Part shown: positions 40,198 through 50,879 of the stretch, one piece after another
Layout of the letters: every line of letters starts with the position of its first letter
Position numbering within the stretch: position 1 is the stretch's first letter
Origin: Candidatus Dojkabacteria bacterium
GTDB lineage: Bacteria; Patescibacteriota; Dojkabacteria; J137
Direction: 5' to 3'
Assembly: GCA_030950485.1 (NCBI GenBank)
Contig: JAUZRK010000003.1
Span: forward strand, 20,228 to 84,227
DNA length: 64,000 nt
Program-made: the position numbers and the translations under genes
Notes under the pieces: generated by a model
The model's input: only the letters and a program-made list of their open reading frames with translations
What the model was told of the DNA's origin: nothing
Database searches by the model: none

Positions 40198-40953
40198 ATG
40201 ATCAAACCAACAGAAAAAAAAGGGACTTTTATGAGCTTTCTTGATCAAAGAGGGCTAACTGAAAAAGGAGGTAGAGAACAAAGACTTTCAGAGATAACTG
40301 AAAAAATTAGAAATACATCAAAACTAGTACTAAAGGAGTTAAATGCTTATTTCTTAAATGATCCCTCAACTGTAGTTAGTAGTAATAATTTTAATAAGAT
40401 TGATGAGATATTAGATCAGACAATAGATATATGGGAGAAATTTAACTTTCCATTCCAAGATATGGTCTATATAAGAACTGCTTGGTTTAATAAAACTATA
40501 CAATTCAATTTCCCTTTCCAGACTTTCAAAAGAGATAAAAATGTACTAAAAGAAATAAAATCTTTTTTAGATGAAAATAATCCAGATCAAATAATAATTC
40601 ATCCAAGAGTATCGGATGAATATGCTTTAGGTAATTTAACTGGTATAAGAGCGCAAAGTGAAATAGAAGAAATCAACGTTGAAATCGCAAAAGATGGAAT
40701 TACTCACATTAGAGAAATGGAAAATAAAGCAAAGTATTATACATCTGGAAAAGTATCGGAATTATTAGACTCTACTGACAAATACCTTCATAGCTTCTTA
40801 AAGATATTGAGTTTCACTACAAAAGCAGGTGACTATTACTTACGAGATATCACAAAAGATGCACATCTTTCTCCTATTTATGAAATAAAAGGATTTAAAA
40901 TAAATGGAGAAACATTTCTAATCCTATTTGATTACGAGACAGAGCTAAGTTAG
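40198..40953 (+). CDS. Hypothetical protein
   Basis: 251-aa ORF divergent from the PPDK-like gene. Confidence 0.65.
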   Translation: MIKPTEKKGTFMSFLDQRGLTEKGGREQRLSEITEKIRNTSKLVLKELNAYFLNDPSTVVSSNNFNKIDEILDQTIDIWEKFNFPFQDMVYIRTAWFNKTIQFNFPFQTFKRDKNVLKEIKSFLDENNPDQIIIHPRVSDEYALGNLTGIRAQSEIEEINVEIAKDGITHIREMENKAKYYTSGKVSELLDSTDKYLHSFLKILSFTTKAGDYYLRDITKDAHLSPIYEIKGFKINGETFLILFDYETELS

Positions 40954-41012
40954 ATTTGAAAATCAATTGATTCTAGCTTATCATTTACCTACTAAATATT
41001 AGATCTAACACT

Positions 41013-42335
41013 ATGTCTACTTACGATAAATATCTAAACTTACTTAAACAAATTATTCAGCTTAAAAGTGTGTCTACAGATCACTCTTTTAAAGACGAAT
41101 GTGCACTAACAGCTAAATGGTTAAACGAGTTATTTAATGATAATGGATTTGAAACTAAGATTCACGAGGGATATGGAAACCCAATAGTTGTTGCAAGCTA
41201 TGTTGCAGATGAATCTTTTGAGACTTGCTTAATCTACGGTCACTATGACGTTCAGCCAGCAGAAAAAGAGGATGGATGGAATCATGATCCATTTGATGTT
41301 TATGAAGAAAATGGAAGACTATATGCAAGAGGAGTTGTAGATAATAAAGGACAAGTTCTTATTCATATCGCAAATATAATAGACTTAATTAAAGATGGTA
41401 AGTTAGCTTACAATGTAAAATTTATGATCGAAGGTGATGAAGAAACTGGATCTCCAAAGCTACCTGATTTTATAAAGGAACATAAAGCTGATCTAGCTTG
41501 TGATTTCTTCTTAATTTCGGATGGTGAGATTATTAGTGATAATCCAGTAATTGATGCAGGGTTTCGTGGAGGTGCTAATACAAAGCTTGTAATTAAAACA
41601 GCTAGTACTGATCTTCATTCTGGATTATTCGGAGGAGTTGCTCCAAGTGCTGCACATGAAGCAGCTAAATTTGTTGCAAATCTTAAAGATTCAAACAATC
41701 AAGTTACTATTCCTGGGTTTTACGATGATGTTGATTCAATCTCTGATGAGATTCTTGAAAACAATAAAAATATTCCATTTGATATGGATGAAATAACTAA
41801 TATCACAGGTATAAAAGCTCTCAAGAATGAAGAAGGAGTAGATTACTATTCTCAAGTAGGTCTTAGACCAACAATTGAAGTAACCGGATTAGATTCTGGT
41901 TTTACTGATGAAGGTTATAGAAATAGTATTCCAGCACTTGCAACTGTTAAAGTTAATTTCAGGCTAGTTAAAAATCAGAATCCAAATGAAGTAATTGAAA
42001 AGTATAAGCAATATATTGCTTCAGTTATGCCAGAATATGTAGAATGGGATTTACAAGTTACAGATCCTTATGAAGCTTCAAAAATGAATTTAGATAATAA
42101 ATATGTACAAATAGTTAAAGATAAACTTACTAAATCATTTGGTAAGGCTCCTTACCTAGCATTTTCTGGAGGTGGATTACCAATTGTAATTCTATATCAA
42201 AAGTATTTAGGGACTGATGGAGTTTTAGCTGGTCTTGGAAATGCAGATTGTAATATGCACGGAACTAATGAGAATTATAATATCGATATTCTTAAAAAAG
42301 GATTGGAGTTTAGTAGATTGTTTTTTAGTAAATAA
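41013..42335 (+). CDS. M20 family dipeptidase
   Basis: YGHYDVQP, ARGVVDNKG, EGDEETGS, DLHSG, HGTNE. Confidence 0.93.
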   Translation: MSTYDKYLNLLKQIIQLKSVSTDHSFKDECALTAKWLNELFNDNGFETKIHEGYGNPIVVASYVADESFETCLIYGHYDVQPAEKEDGWNHDPFDVYEENGRLYARGVVDNKGQVLIHIANIIDLIKDGKLAYNVKFMIEGDEETGSPKLPDFIKEHKADLACDFFLISDGEIISDNPVIDAGFRGGANTKLVIKTASTDLHSGLFGGVAPSAAHEAAKFVANLKDSNNQVTIPGFYDDVDSISDEILENNKNIPFDMDEITNITGIKALKNEEGVDYYSQVGLRPTIEVTGLDSGFTDEGYRNSIPALATVKVNFRLVKNQNPNEVIEKYKQYIASVMPEYVEWDLQVTDPYEASKMNLDNKYVQIVKDKLTKSFGKAPYLAFSGGGLPIVILYQKYLGTDGVLAGLGNADCNMHGTNENYNIDILKKGLEFSRLFFSK

Positions 42336-42343
42336 TAATAAAT

Positions 42344-42370
42344 AAGGGCTGGTTTTCAAAACCAGCCCTT
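42344..42370. terminator. Bidirectional terminator-like hairpin
   Basis: AAGGGCTGGTTTT-c-AAAACCAGCCCTT between convergent genes. Confidence 0.75.
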
Positions 42371-42397
42371 TAAAATTTTTGTTTAAACCAAACAAAT

Positions 42398-42652
42398 TTA
42401 ATACCCTACCCCCTTATCTCTCATCCATTTCAACCCTAAATAAATAGGAACTACTAAGAAAAAACCTATAATCAAAGTATTAAATATTCGAAGCATAAAT
42501 TCTCCAAATCCAGAACTATCTCCTAAATCAAATGGATAACCATATCCATAAGAACCTTTGAACATATTTACAACTAGAAAATTCCAAAACACAGAAAATA
42601 AAAATGAAATAATTGCTGCAAAACTACCGTATTGTTTTTTCTCTGGATCCAT
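42398..42652 (-). CDS. Small 2-TM membrane protein
   Basis: 84 aa with two hydrophobic helices. Confidence 0.65.
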   Translation of the reverse strand: MDPEKKQYGSFAAIISFLFSVFWNFLVVNMFKGSYGYGYPFDLGDSSGFGEFMLRIFNTLIIGFFLVVPIYLGLKWMRDKGVGY

Positions 42653-42703
42653 AAAATATCATTAATCAATTTAATTATCTGTACTAAATCTTACACTATT
42701 TAT

Positions 42704-44017
42704 TTATTCATTATCAAGATTATCATTACATAATTCTTTTATCTCATTCCAAGTTTTCTTTGTTGTAATATCCCAATCATACTTTTTAGAAACAATTTCT
42801 CCTTTCTTAATTACTTCATTCTTAGCATCTTCATCAGTCAAAAATTTAATTATTGCCTTCGATGTCTTTTCAATTTTAGTTGTATCAACTAAAAACGCCC
42901 CTCCATCTGTAATTTCTGGCAAACAAGATCTATTAGCAACAATTGATGGAATTCCAGCCTTCATAGCTTGAATAGGTCCAAATCCAAATCCTTCATAGTC
43001 AGATAGATAAATATATCCATCTGCTTTCATTAATGCAGTTACCAATTCTTCATCTGAAATAAATCCAGCTGCAACAATATTGTCTAAAACTCCTAATTTC
43101 TTAGCTTTACGAATAAATGATTTACCTAAATTATTTCTTCCTGTTATTTCTTTTCCTACACCAGGAGTTAAAGAACTTCCTGTAACGACTAAAAACTCAG
43201 GCAATTCTTTTTTCGATGAGTCAGAGATATTCTTAAAGATAGATAAAAGTCCATCTATTCCTTTATTCACTTCTAGACCAGAATCATAAAGAAGATAAGT
43301 CCTATGTCTTAAATTATATCTTTCAAGAGTTGCATTTATCATTGAAAGTTCTTCATCATACTTATCTTTTTCAAAAATTTCGTCTACTCCTAGATATATT
43401 GTTCTAATTCTATTATTTGGAACTTTTCCGTATGTAATTAAGTCATTCTTTGAAAAATTAGATGCAGTTAGAACTAGATCAGCTTTTTGTACACCTTCAA
43501 ACATAAAGTTATAAAACTTCTTCTTAATATAGTTTTGAATAAATCCCTTTTCTGAATATTTATCAAAAACTAATGGAATTACATCATGAGCTACAACTAC
43601 AGTTTTTGGCACTGTAACCAAGTTCTTTCTGAACCTTGGAACGCTTGGAAGTCCTCTTTCAAAATGAACAGCATAATAAATCTCTGGACTAATTGCATCA
43701 ATTATCTTATCGTAAGTTTTATCCCATCTAAAAATATTCTTTATATTTGATGGATATGCTTTTCCTAAGGAGTGGAAGATCAGTTTTTCGGAAATTTCAT
43801 TGATTGAAAGTTTAGAGTACTTTAGCTCATATAAATTTTTTTCTAAATCATCAAACCCAATTAAATGTATTTCCCATCCTCCTTCATTTAAAATCATTCT
43901 AAGCAGTCTTCTTATAATTTCTTTCCCATATCTACCAATACCTCTACCACTATACTGATCAAGTAAAAATGTTAAATCAATTAATATTTTACGCAAGGGC
44001 ACATCTGAATCTGACAT
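42704..44017 (-). CDS. Glycosyltransferase family 4 (GT-B)
   Basis: RGIGRY, HDVIP, SNFSK.D, YEGFGFGPIQAM..G.P; start taken at MSDSD. Confidence 0.88.
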   Translation of the reverse strand: MSDSDVPLRKILIDLTFLLDQYSGRGIGRYGKEIIRRLLRMILNEGGWEIHLIGFDDLEKNLYELKYSKLSINEISEKLIFHSLGKAYPSNIKNIFRWDKTYDKIIDAISPEIYYAVHFERGLPSVPRFRKNLVTVPKTVVVAHDVIPLVFDKYSEKGFIQNYIKKKFYNFMFEGVQKADLVLTASNFSKNDLITYGKVPNNRIRTIYLGVDEIFEKDKYDEELSMINATLERYNLRHRTYLLYDSGLEVNKGIDGLLSIFKNISDSSKKELPEFLVVTGSSLTPGVGKEITGRNNLGKSFIRKAKKLGVLDNIVAAGFISDEELVTALMKADGYIYLSDYEGFGFGPIQAMKAGIPSIVANRSCLPEITDGGAFLVDTTKIEKTSKAIIKFLTDEDAKNEVIKKGEIVSKKYDWDITTKKTWNEIKELCNDNLDNE

Positions 44018-44090
44018 TTTATATTTATAACTACTGGAATTATACTTCAAAAGTACTAATATTGATAATTTGAACAATAGATAGAATCTA

Positions 44091-46478
44091 TTAAAATGGA
44101 GATTTATTTATTAAATCAAGAATGAAATCTAACTCAGTATTAAAATTTTCCACTGTAATACTACCGTTATTATATGTAAGAACCTTATCTCTATCTAAAG
44201 TAAATGAAGTTGAATGGGTTTTCCCATTGTCATTTATATTAATAAAATATTCTTCGCCCCATGATTTACCTGGATGTTTTTGAATTAACATTCTATAAAC
44301 TCTACCATTATCAATATAATTTAACTCATCTGGAAGGTCATAACTTACCTCTAGTGATTTTTCAATAATTGGATCATCTTCAGTTAATCTTCGATGGTCA
44401 AACCTAACTACATTCTCGCTAATCTGTTTATTTACAACTTCATCAAAGTAATCATATGGTTCATAGTAATGAGCCCCAGAAGCTTTATAACCTGTTGAGT
44501 CAAAATTCTCTGATCCATCAGGTGTAAAAAATCTAACCCAGGCTCTATATACGAACTTACCAGTTTTATCATATTGTAATTCTAATTCATCTTCGTAAAC
44601 TTTATCTTGTACCCAATCAACCTCAATATCCTTTGATATGTTACCTGATGAATCAATATTTATATTTTGAGTTACAGAGTCTCTTAAGTACTTATTTATC
44701 TTCAAAGAACAGTTTTGTGCCTCACTGAAATGGAAATAATCACCGTTAAATATTTGCTCTATTCTCCCATCCATTCCGTATGTATCGAAATAGTTTTGTA
44801 AAGCTACGTCGTCAGAAATTAATGCTAAATCCTTTGCATAAAAGCTTTGGATTAGTATTTCAACTAAATCTAGCCCTTCATCCACTTCTAATTCAGCTGC
44901 TCTATTACCTATAGCACTAGCAATATCTTCAATGATTTGCTTTCTCTCGCTGCTAAAGGCTTTCTCAGGATCATCTGTATCTTGTTTAATAAAATCAAAT
45001 AGTGTCTCGGCGTTAACTGTACCAAATCCTTCAACTTCAAGTGGTTGTAAAACTTCTAATAGGTTTTCTGCAAAAGAAAAGTTACCAACAATTATATGAT
45101 CGTATGGAGGAAATTCTTCTGGATAATATAAATTTGCAAGATCATAATAATCTGAAAATATTTGTGCTGTTAGATTTAGATCCGGATAAAGTCCTACGTC
45201 CTGAGCTCTTAAAATAGTTGCCCCACAACTATTATTAAAACTATTCATAAGATATGACTGTCCGTAAATATTTTGATAGTATCCAGAGTAAGGACTCACG
45301 TAAGGTGGGATTTCCTCTAATTCATAAAAATTATCAGGACCAGTATCAACTCCAACACTAAATCTATTAAAATTTTCTAAGTTCCAAGTATCTGTTAGAG
45401 ACACGTTATCAACTTCACCATCTGTTATTGAAAGTGTTCCATAAACCGTAATTAACCCTCCTGATGACCTCATCTCTGCTTCATTTTGAAGAATTAATAA
45501 ATAAGTGACTGTCTCTTTAGAACCAATAAGGTTAGGTACCTCTCTTAAGAATTCAGCAGTTTCTCTAGATGTATTTGGGAAATCTCTAGCAATGTCTTGT
45601 AAGTCTATTAACATACCTTTTGCTTTTATGTTTCTTATGTTTGGTACATAAGTCGGATCTACAAGCTCAAGTTCTTTTACTATATCAAGTATGTCAGGCT
45701 CTAATCTTTCATATAAATCGATGTATTCATCTAGATCAGACATTATTAGGTTTATTGAATTTTCTTCTTTATTTTCAGCTAATAAAGAATCATCTGTACC
45801 TCCTGTAAATGTAGTGAATTCTGGCTCGCTATTAATTATCAATGGTTGAGAAGGATCTGTTCTAAAGCCAGATGCAGCAAGTAAATCAATAAGCTGTGGC
45901 ATTGCATCATCTATAAGTAAATTTGATTTAATTATAATGCTATTAGCTACTTCTAAATTATTGTAATAGCCTTCTGTAAAGGAAAGTGTCTTTAAAAAGC
46001 TAAAATTTTCCAATTCACCATTAATAGTATCCATTTCCGATTGGATTATATCTATCTGTTCATTTAATCGACTTACATCTTTATTTGCAAAATCAGTCTG
46101 AATTTGATTTAAAGTAACTTTAATATTACTTGCTGATGCTTTTATCCTTAATAAAGGTGAAATGATATTAATGTAAGAAAATATACCTACTACAACTAAA
46201 ACAAGTCCTAGGATTGTAAATATTTTTTTAAAGTTTCGTTTATTCTTTGTTTTTAATGTCTTTTTGGGTGTTTTTTTAGATCTCTGATTAACAGATTTTT
46301 TTTCTTCTTTCTGACTATTCTGAAATGAAAGTCTATCAATTTTCTTTTTTTTTGAAGCTTTAGTTTTATCTCCTATCTTTATCTTACGATCACTTTCAGA
46401 CGTAACCCTTTCCATAGAGACATCATTTCCTTTAGCTATATTTTTCTTTTCTTCCTTTGTTAGAAACATAATACTCAC
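44091..46478 (-). CDS. DUF4012-domain membrane-anchored protein
   Basis: N-terminal TM; YLLILQNEAEMRSSGG; C-terminal Y.MLIQKHPG. Confidence 0.8.
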   Translation of the reverse strand: MSIMFLTKEEKKNIAKGNDVSMERVTSESDRKIKIGDKTKASKKKKIDRLSFQNSQKEEKKSVNQRSKKTPKKTLKTKNKRNFKKIFTILGLVLVVVGIFSYINIISPLLRIKASASNIKVTLNQIQTDFANKDVSRLNEQIDIIQSEMDTINGELENFSFLKTLSFTEGYYNNLEVANSIIIKSNLLIDDAMPQLIDLLAASGFRTDPSQPLIINSEPEFTTFTGGTDDSLLAENKEENSINLIMSDLDEYIDLYERLEPDILDIVKELELVDPTYVPNIRNIKAKGMLIDLQDIARDFPNTSRETAEFLREVPNLIGSKETVTYLLILQNEAEMRSSGGLITVYGTLSITDGEVDNVSLTDTWNLENFNRFSVGVDTGPDNFYELEEIPPYVSPYSGYYQNIYGQSYLMNSFNNSCGATILRAQDVGLYPDLNLTAQIFSDYYDLANLYYPEEFPPYDHIIVGNFSFAENLLEVLQPLEVEGFGTVNAETLFDFIKQDTDDPEKAFSSERKQIIEDIASAIGNRAAELEVDEGLDLVEILIQSFYAKDLALISDDVALQNYFDTYGMDGRIEQIFNGDYFHFSEAQNCSLKINKYLRDSVTQNINIDSSGNISKDIEVDWVQDKVYEDELELQYDKTGKFVYRAWVRFFTPDGSENFDSTGYKASGAHYYEPYDYFDEVVNKQISENVVRFDHRRLTEDDPIIEKSLEVSYDLPDELNYIDNGRVYRMLIQKHPGKSWGEEYFININDNGKTHSTSFTLDRDKVLTYNNGSITVENFNTELDFILDLINKSPF

Positions 46479-46525
46479 AGAGCCTTAATAGTATATCAGA
46501 AATTTATTTCTTTAAAATGATATAT

Positions 46526-46975
46526 TTAATCTCTAAAATTAATCCCCTCTATTTCTTTAATTTTATTGAATCTTCTACCGTGTCTAGAGTCCATTCCTGT
46601 AAATTCTGTATTTAAAAAAGAATTTACAATTTTTAGTGGATCCTCTCCTTCATAATCAGCATCAAGACAAAGTATATTGGCATTATCATCTCTTCTAGCC
46701 ATCTCTGAATGATGTGATGTAAAACACAATGCTGCGTAACAACCTTTAAATTTATTTGCAGTCATTACCATTCCATTCCCAGATCTACAAATTAAAATTC
46801 CGAGTGCATCACTTTCATTCATTACTTTTTCAGCAACTAACTTAGCAAAGTCTGGATAATCATCTTTAGTATCCAGCTCATATGGACCTAAATCTACAAT
46901 ATTTTGTTCTATAGCTTCTACCAATTCATTTTTCAACGAAAATCCACCATGATCAGAAGCGATATAAATAGTCAT
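46526..46975 (-). CDS. rpiB: Ribose-5-phosphate isomerase B family
   Basis: ASDHGG, DYPD, GILICRSGNG, NAN, RH.RR. Confidence 0.9.
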   Translation of the reverse strand: MTIYIASDHGGFSLKNELVEAIEQNIVDLGPYELDTKDDYPDFAKLVAEKVMNESDALGILICRSGNGMVMTANKFKGCYAALCFTSHHSEMARRDDNANILCLDADYEGEDPLKIVNSFLNTEFTGMDSRHGRRFNKIKEIEGINFRD

Positions 46976-47182
46976 ACTCTTTATATTAAATTTTATTTAA
47001 ATCATTCTAATGTTAGATGTAGCAATTTGCAATTTACTAGTAAAGAAAGAAAATTAAAAGCAGTTTTAACTAACCTTGAAATTAACTTAATAACGTAGAT
47101 ATTCTCGATTTATGCTTCTATTTTAAACTTTCTTTTTTCAGTGGATGCTAAAATAAATATAAGATTAAAGCTTAAATTGTTT

Positions 47183-48895
47183 ATGTCAGATATTGAGGTT
47201 ATAAAATCAAGGCTTGATATAGTAGAGGTTATATCTAAATACGTAGAGCTAAAACCATCTGGTAGTAACTATAAGGGACTCAGTCCATTTAAAACTGAAA
47301 AGACTCCATCTTTTATGGTTAGTCCGCAGCTTCAAATATTTAAAGATTTTAGTAGTGGAATTGGTGGTGATGCCATTAAATTTCTAATGGAATTTGAAAA
47401 ACTTAGTTTTAGAGAAGCACTCGAAAAGGCTGCCGAAATGGCAGGGGTAGAATTAACAAATAACTATAACAGTAAGGATACTGAAAAAGAAAAACTGAAA
47501 AAGCGAATAATTGAAGCTAATGCACTTACAACTCAATTTTATCAATACATTCTTAAACAACATAAATCTGGAAAGCCAGGCCGTGATTATGCATCTGAAA
47601 GAAATATTGGAAGTAGCGAAATTGAGAAGTTCTTATTTGGATATGCACCATCAAGTTACTATAATCTTAAAACTTTTTTAAAAAAGAAAGGATATGAAGA
47701 AAAAGAGTTAATTGAGTTTGGTTTACTTGTAGAACGAAATAATGATGTAATTGATAAGTTTAGAAATAGGTTAATGCAACCGATTAGAGATTTAAACGGT
47801 CATATTCTAGGTTTTAGTGGTAGATATATTGGTGACTATGAAAATGCGCCGAAATATTTAAACTCACCTGCAACTGAGGTCTATGATAAAAAATCTATTT
47901 TATACGGAATGTATGAAGGTAGTAGTGCAATTAGAAAAAGTGATTTTGCAATTATAGTTGAAGGAAATATAGATCCAGTTTCATCTCATAGAGTTGGTAT
48001 AGAAAATATAGTAGCTCCATTTGGAACTTCATTTACCCCTGGTCAAGCAAAACTATTGAAAAGATTTACTGATATGGTTTACTTTTCATTTGATACCGAT
48101 GAGGCTGGAGTAAATGGATTAATAAGAGCAATAAAAATCGCCGAAGATTTTGAATTTAAACATAAAGTTTTAGATCTAGGAAAATATAAAGATGCTGATG
48201 ATCTAATAAATTCAGAACCTGAACTTTGGGAGAAGACTATTAGCAATGCAATCAATTCAGTTGAATATTTAGTTAAACTTTTTTCAGAAAAAGAAGATTT
48301 GGGAAGTATAGACGGGAAAAGACAGTTACAATCTAGAATATTACCTGTTTTGAAACTAATAAAAAAAAGATTAGATATTAAACATTATATTAAGCAAGTA
48401 GCTCTATTATTAGAATTATCTACTGATGATGTAGAAAAACTGATTTCAAATGAAAAGACTTATATCCCAAGACCTAAGGAATTACATGATGATGAGATAA
48501 TAAAAAAAGAAAAGGAAGAATTTATGTTATATAAACATTTTCTAGCATTAATAGTTCAGTCAGAAAATGTCGATACTACACAGTTTAATCCGGATATTTT
48601 TCAAGACGAAACACAAAAAGAGCTTTTTGAAATAATTCAACAAACTGATAATAAAATAACTAATGAAATTCTAGGAAGTTTAAGCGACGAAGTTATAAAG
48701 TTATACAGCGATGTAAGCTTAATAGATACTTCTACTAATGCAGATGCAAATACTATAGAAAATTTATATAAGCGTCTATATAAGGAATATTTAAATAAAA
48801 AACTTTTGAAGTTACGAATAGAGCTTTCTGTTAGTTCAGATGAATCTCTTTTGGAAAAAATTACTGAGATAACTAATGAATTAAAAAAGATTTAG
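47183..48895 (+). CDS. dnaG: DNA primase
   Basis: EKTPSF, FRNRLM.PI, FSGR, PKYLNSP, VEG..D, FDTDEAG, KDAD; start taken at MSDIEV. Confidence 0.96.
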   Translation: MSDIEVIKSRLDIVEVISKYVELKPSGSNYKGLSPFKTEKTPSFMVSPQLQIFKDFSSGIGGDAIKFLMEFEKLSFREALEKAAEMAGVELTNNYNSKDTEKEKLKKRIIEANALTTQFYQYILKQHKSGKPGRDYASERNIGSSEIEKFLFGYAPSSYYNLKTFLKKKGYEEKELIEFGLLVERNNDVIDKFRNRLMQPIRDLNGHILGFSGRYIGDYENAPKYLNSPATEVYDKKSILYGMYEGSSAIRKSDFAIIVEGNIDPVSSHRVGIENIVAPFGTSFTPGQAKLLKRFTDMVYFSFDTDEAGVNGLIRAIKIAEDFEFKHKVLDLGKYKDADDLINSEPELWEKTISNAINSVEYLVKLFSEKEDLGSIDGKRQLQSRILPVLKLIKKRLDIKHYIKQVALLLELSTDDVEKLISNEKTYIPRPKELHDDEIIKKEKEEFMLYKHFLALIVQSENVDTTQFNPDIFQDETQKELFEIIQQTDNKITNEILGSLSDEVIKLYSDVSLIDTSTNADANTIENLYKRLYKEYLNKKLLKLRIELSVSSDESLLEKITEITNELKKI

Positions 48896-48902
48896 TAGAA
48901 GA

Positions 48903-49103
48903 TTATTTTCTTCTACTAAATTTTTTATTCTTCTCCATTTTAGAACCAAACTCAACAGAAGCTGTTAATTTAGCTCTCTTTTTAAGTCTTTTTCTCTTTA
49001 AGATGTTTCTTCCAGTCCAAGTTTTCATTCTTTTCATGAAACCGAACTTTCTGATTCTCTTTGTTTTACTTGGTCTATATGTTAATCCTTGTGTCTTTTT
49101 CAT
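48903..49103 (-). CDS. rpmH: 50S ribosomal protein L34 (extended)
   Basis: TYRPS..KR.RKFGF.KRM.T..GR.IL..KR.K.R..LT. Confidence 0.9.
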   Translation of the reverse strand: MKKTQGLTYRPSKTKRIRKFGFMKRMKTWTGRNILKRKRLKKRAKLTASVEFGSKMEKNKKFSRRK

Positions 49104-49257
49104 ATCTTTTCTTTAAGCAGTCAATTATAGTATGTAATCTATTTAAAATCAATATAGATATATTTATCATTTGGTACACTTTATATTAACATAGGTTATG
49201 TTTATTCAGTAGTATTGGTGGGCTTACTTTTAATTTCTTCTAAGCTATAATTATCTA

Positions 49258-50424
49258 GTGAAGAAGAAAACATACAAGAAAAAAAGATTAAAAATAATCA
49301 TTAGTATAGCTACTATTTCTCTAGCTGTTGGTGCATTTTCAGTTTTTAGCTTAGGACTAATTGAAAGCAACCCAATAACCTTCAGCAATAATGTAAACAA
49401 TTCCCCTGATAGCAAAAGGAATAAAATAACAGCTGATGAAAAAAATGGAAATATAGAAGGGTTGTTTGATAGTAAAGTAAGTAATCATACTTTAATAGAG
49501 CAAGAAGTCGCTAGCGATGATAACAAAATTTATTTAGAGATTAGTAGAATAGATGGTACATATATTGGATATATTAATAATCAGTATGCGTACGAAGAAA
49601 AATTAAGAATCTTAGATAATGATATTTATAATATATTACTATATGGAGATTTAAATGCTTCATTTATTAAATCTGAAAATTTAAAAGATAAAATTATATA
49701 TCGTAGTTCTGATGAGTATCTTGAACTAGTTTCTTTAGATAGTCTTAATTTTAAAATAAGAGATTATTATTTTAATACAGCTAACCAAAAAATTACTTAT
49801 CTAGTTACTAATTCATCTGGAAGTGAAATTTATCAGGCTGATCTTAATGAAAAGACTTTAGACGCAAAGCAAGTTTTTAAAAGTAGTGAGGAGTTCTATA
49901 ATTTTTTAGATCATAGTGATAGTTATATTATATTAAGTAAGGGTGAGAAATGTTCGAAATTAAACTTATCTAATAAAAAATTAAGTAGTGTTAGTTGTTC
50001 TGAAGAACCAATTGTTAGTGTTGATAGAAATGGTGTAAAAAAACTAGATAGTGATTTAAATGAATACACTTATTTAATCAAATTTGATAATAAAACTATA
50101 GTTTCTCAAATCAAATATATTAATGAGAAAATATATTACATCAAATCTAATTCGGACAATTTAACAACAAAAAGTCTCATCGAATTTGATATAGAGGAAA
50201 GTACTGAATCAGTTATTTTAAATGATATTGATGTTGATAGAATAATAGACTATACAGTATTTAACAATGTAGCATTCTTAAATACGTTAGTTGATAATCA
50301 GCCAAGAATTCTATTTAAAGATACAACCCCTACTTCTTATACAGGAATATGTACTAGCTTTGATTGCAATGCTATTAGCAGTATAAATCTAGGAAGTGGA
50401 ATAGTAAGTATTCGGTTTCTGTAA
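49258..50424 (+). CDS. Hypothetical membrane-anchored protein (possible beta-propeller)
   Basis: Basic N terminus + TM; repeated beta-strand pattern. Confidence 0.65.
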   Translation: MKKKTYKKKRLKIIISIATISLAVGAFSVFSLGLIESNPITFSNNVNNSPDSKRNKITADEKNGNIEGLFDSKVSNHTLIEQEVASDDNKIYLEISRIDGTYIGYINNQYAYEEKLRILDNDIYNILLYGDLNASFIKSENLKDKIIYRSSDEYLELVSLDSLNFKIRDYYFNTANQKITYLVTNSSGSEIYQADLNEKTLDAKQVFKSSEEFYNFLDHSDSYIILSKGEKCSKLNLSNKKLSSVSCSEEPIVSVDRNGVKKLDSDLNEYTYLIKFDNKTIVSQIKYINEKIYYIKSNSDNLTTKSLIEFDIEESTESVILNDIDVDRIIDYTVFNNVAFLNTLVDNQPRILFKDTTPTSYTGICTSFDCNAISSINLGSGIVSIRFL

Positions 50425-50432
50425 TTTTTAGT

Positions 50433-50879
50433 CTAACTTAGAAAGCTATCGATTAATAACTTCTTTGAATATGATTCATTTAAACCTCTAGACTTTATAT
50501 AATCTAGTAGTTCACGATCTAGATATCCAATAGTTGCCCCATGTCCAGCTTTAACCTCATCCTCAGTTATCTCTAAACTTGGAATAACTCTTGCTCTTGA
50601 TGTTTCATCGATAAGAAGACACCTTATAGTTAAGTATGAATCGACATTCTTAGCTCCTTTTTCTATTTTCAACATTCCATTCATATTAAAATACCCTCCT
50701 CTATATACAATTGCTTTTATTAAAATATCTGACTTTACGTCCCTATTTCTATGTATAAATACTGCATTTAAATTTAGGACTTCACCCTCATTCACTACAA
50801 AAGTACCTCTTATCTCTGAATCGACATTTACATTAATTGTAATATCTTCTTCTTTTGAATTTAGATTAATTTGCTTCAT
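50433..50879 (-). CDS. Short SufBD-family protein
   Basis: IPSLEI..DEV.AGHGATIG.LD...YIKSRGL. Confidence 0.82.
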   Translation of the reverse strand: MKQINLNSKEEDITINVNVDSEIRGTFVVNEGEVLNLNAVFIHRNRDVKSDILIKAIVYRGGYFNMNGMLKIEKGAKNVDSYLTIRCLLIDETSRARVIPSLEITEDEVKAGHGATIGYLDRELLDYIKSRGLNESYSKKLLIDSFLS

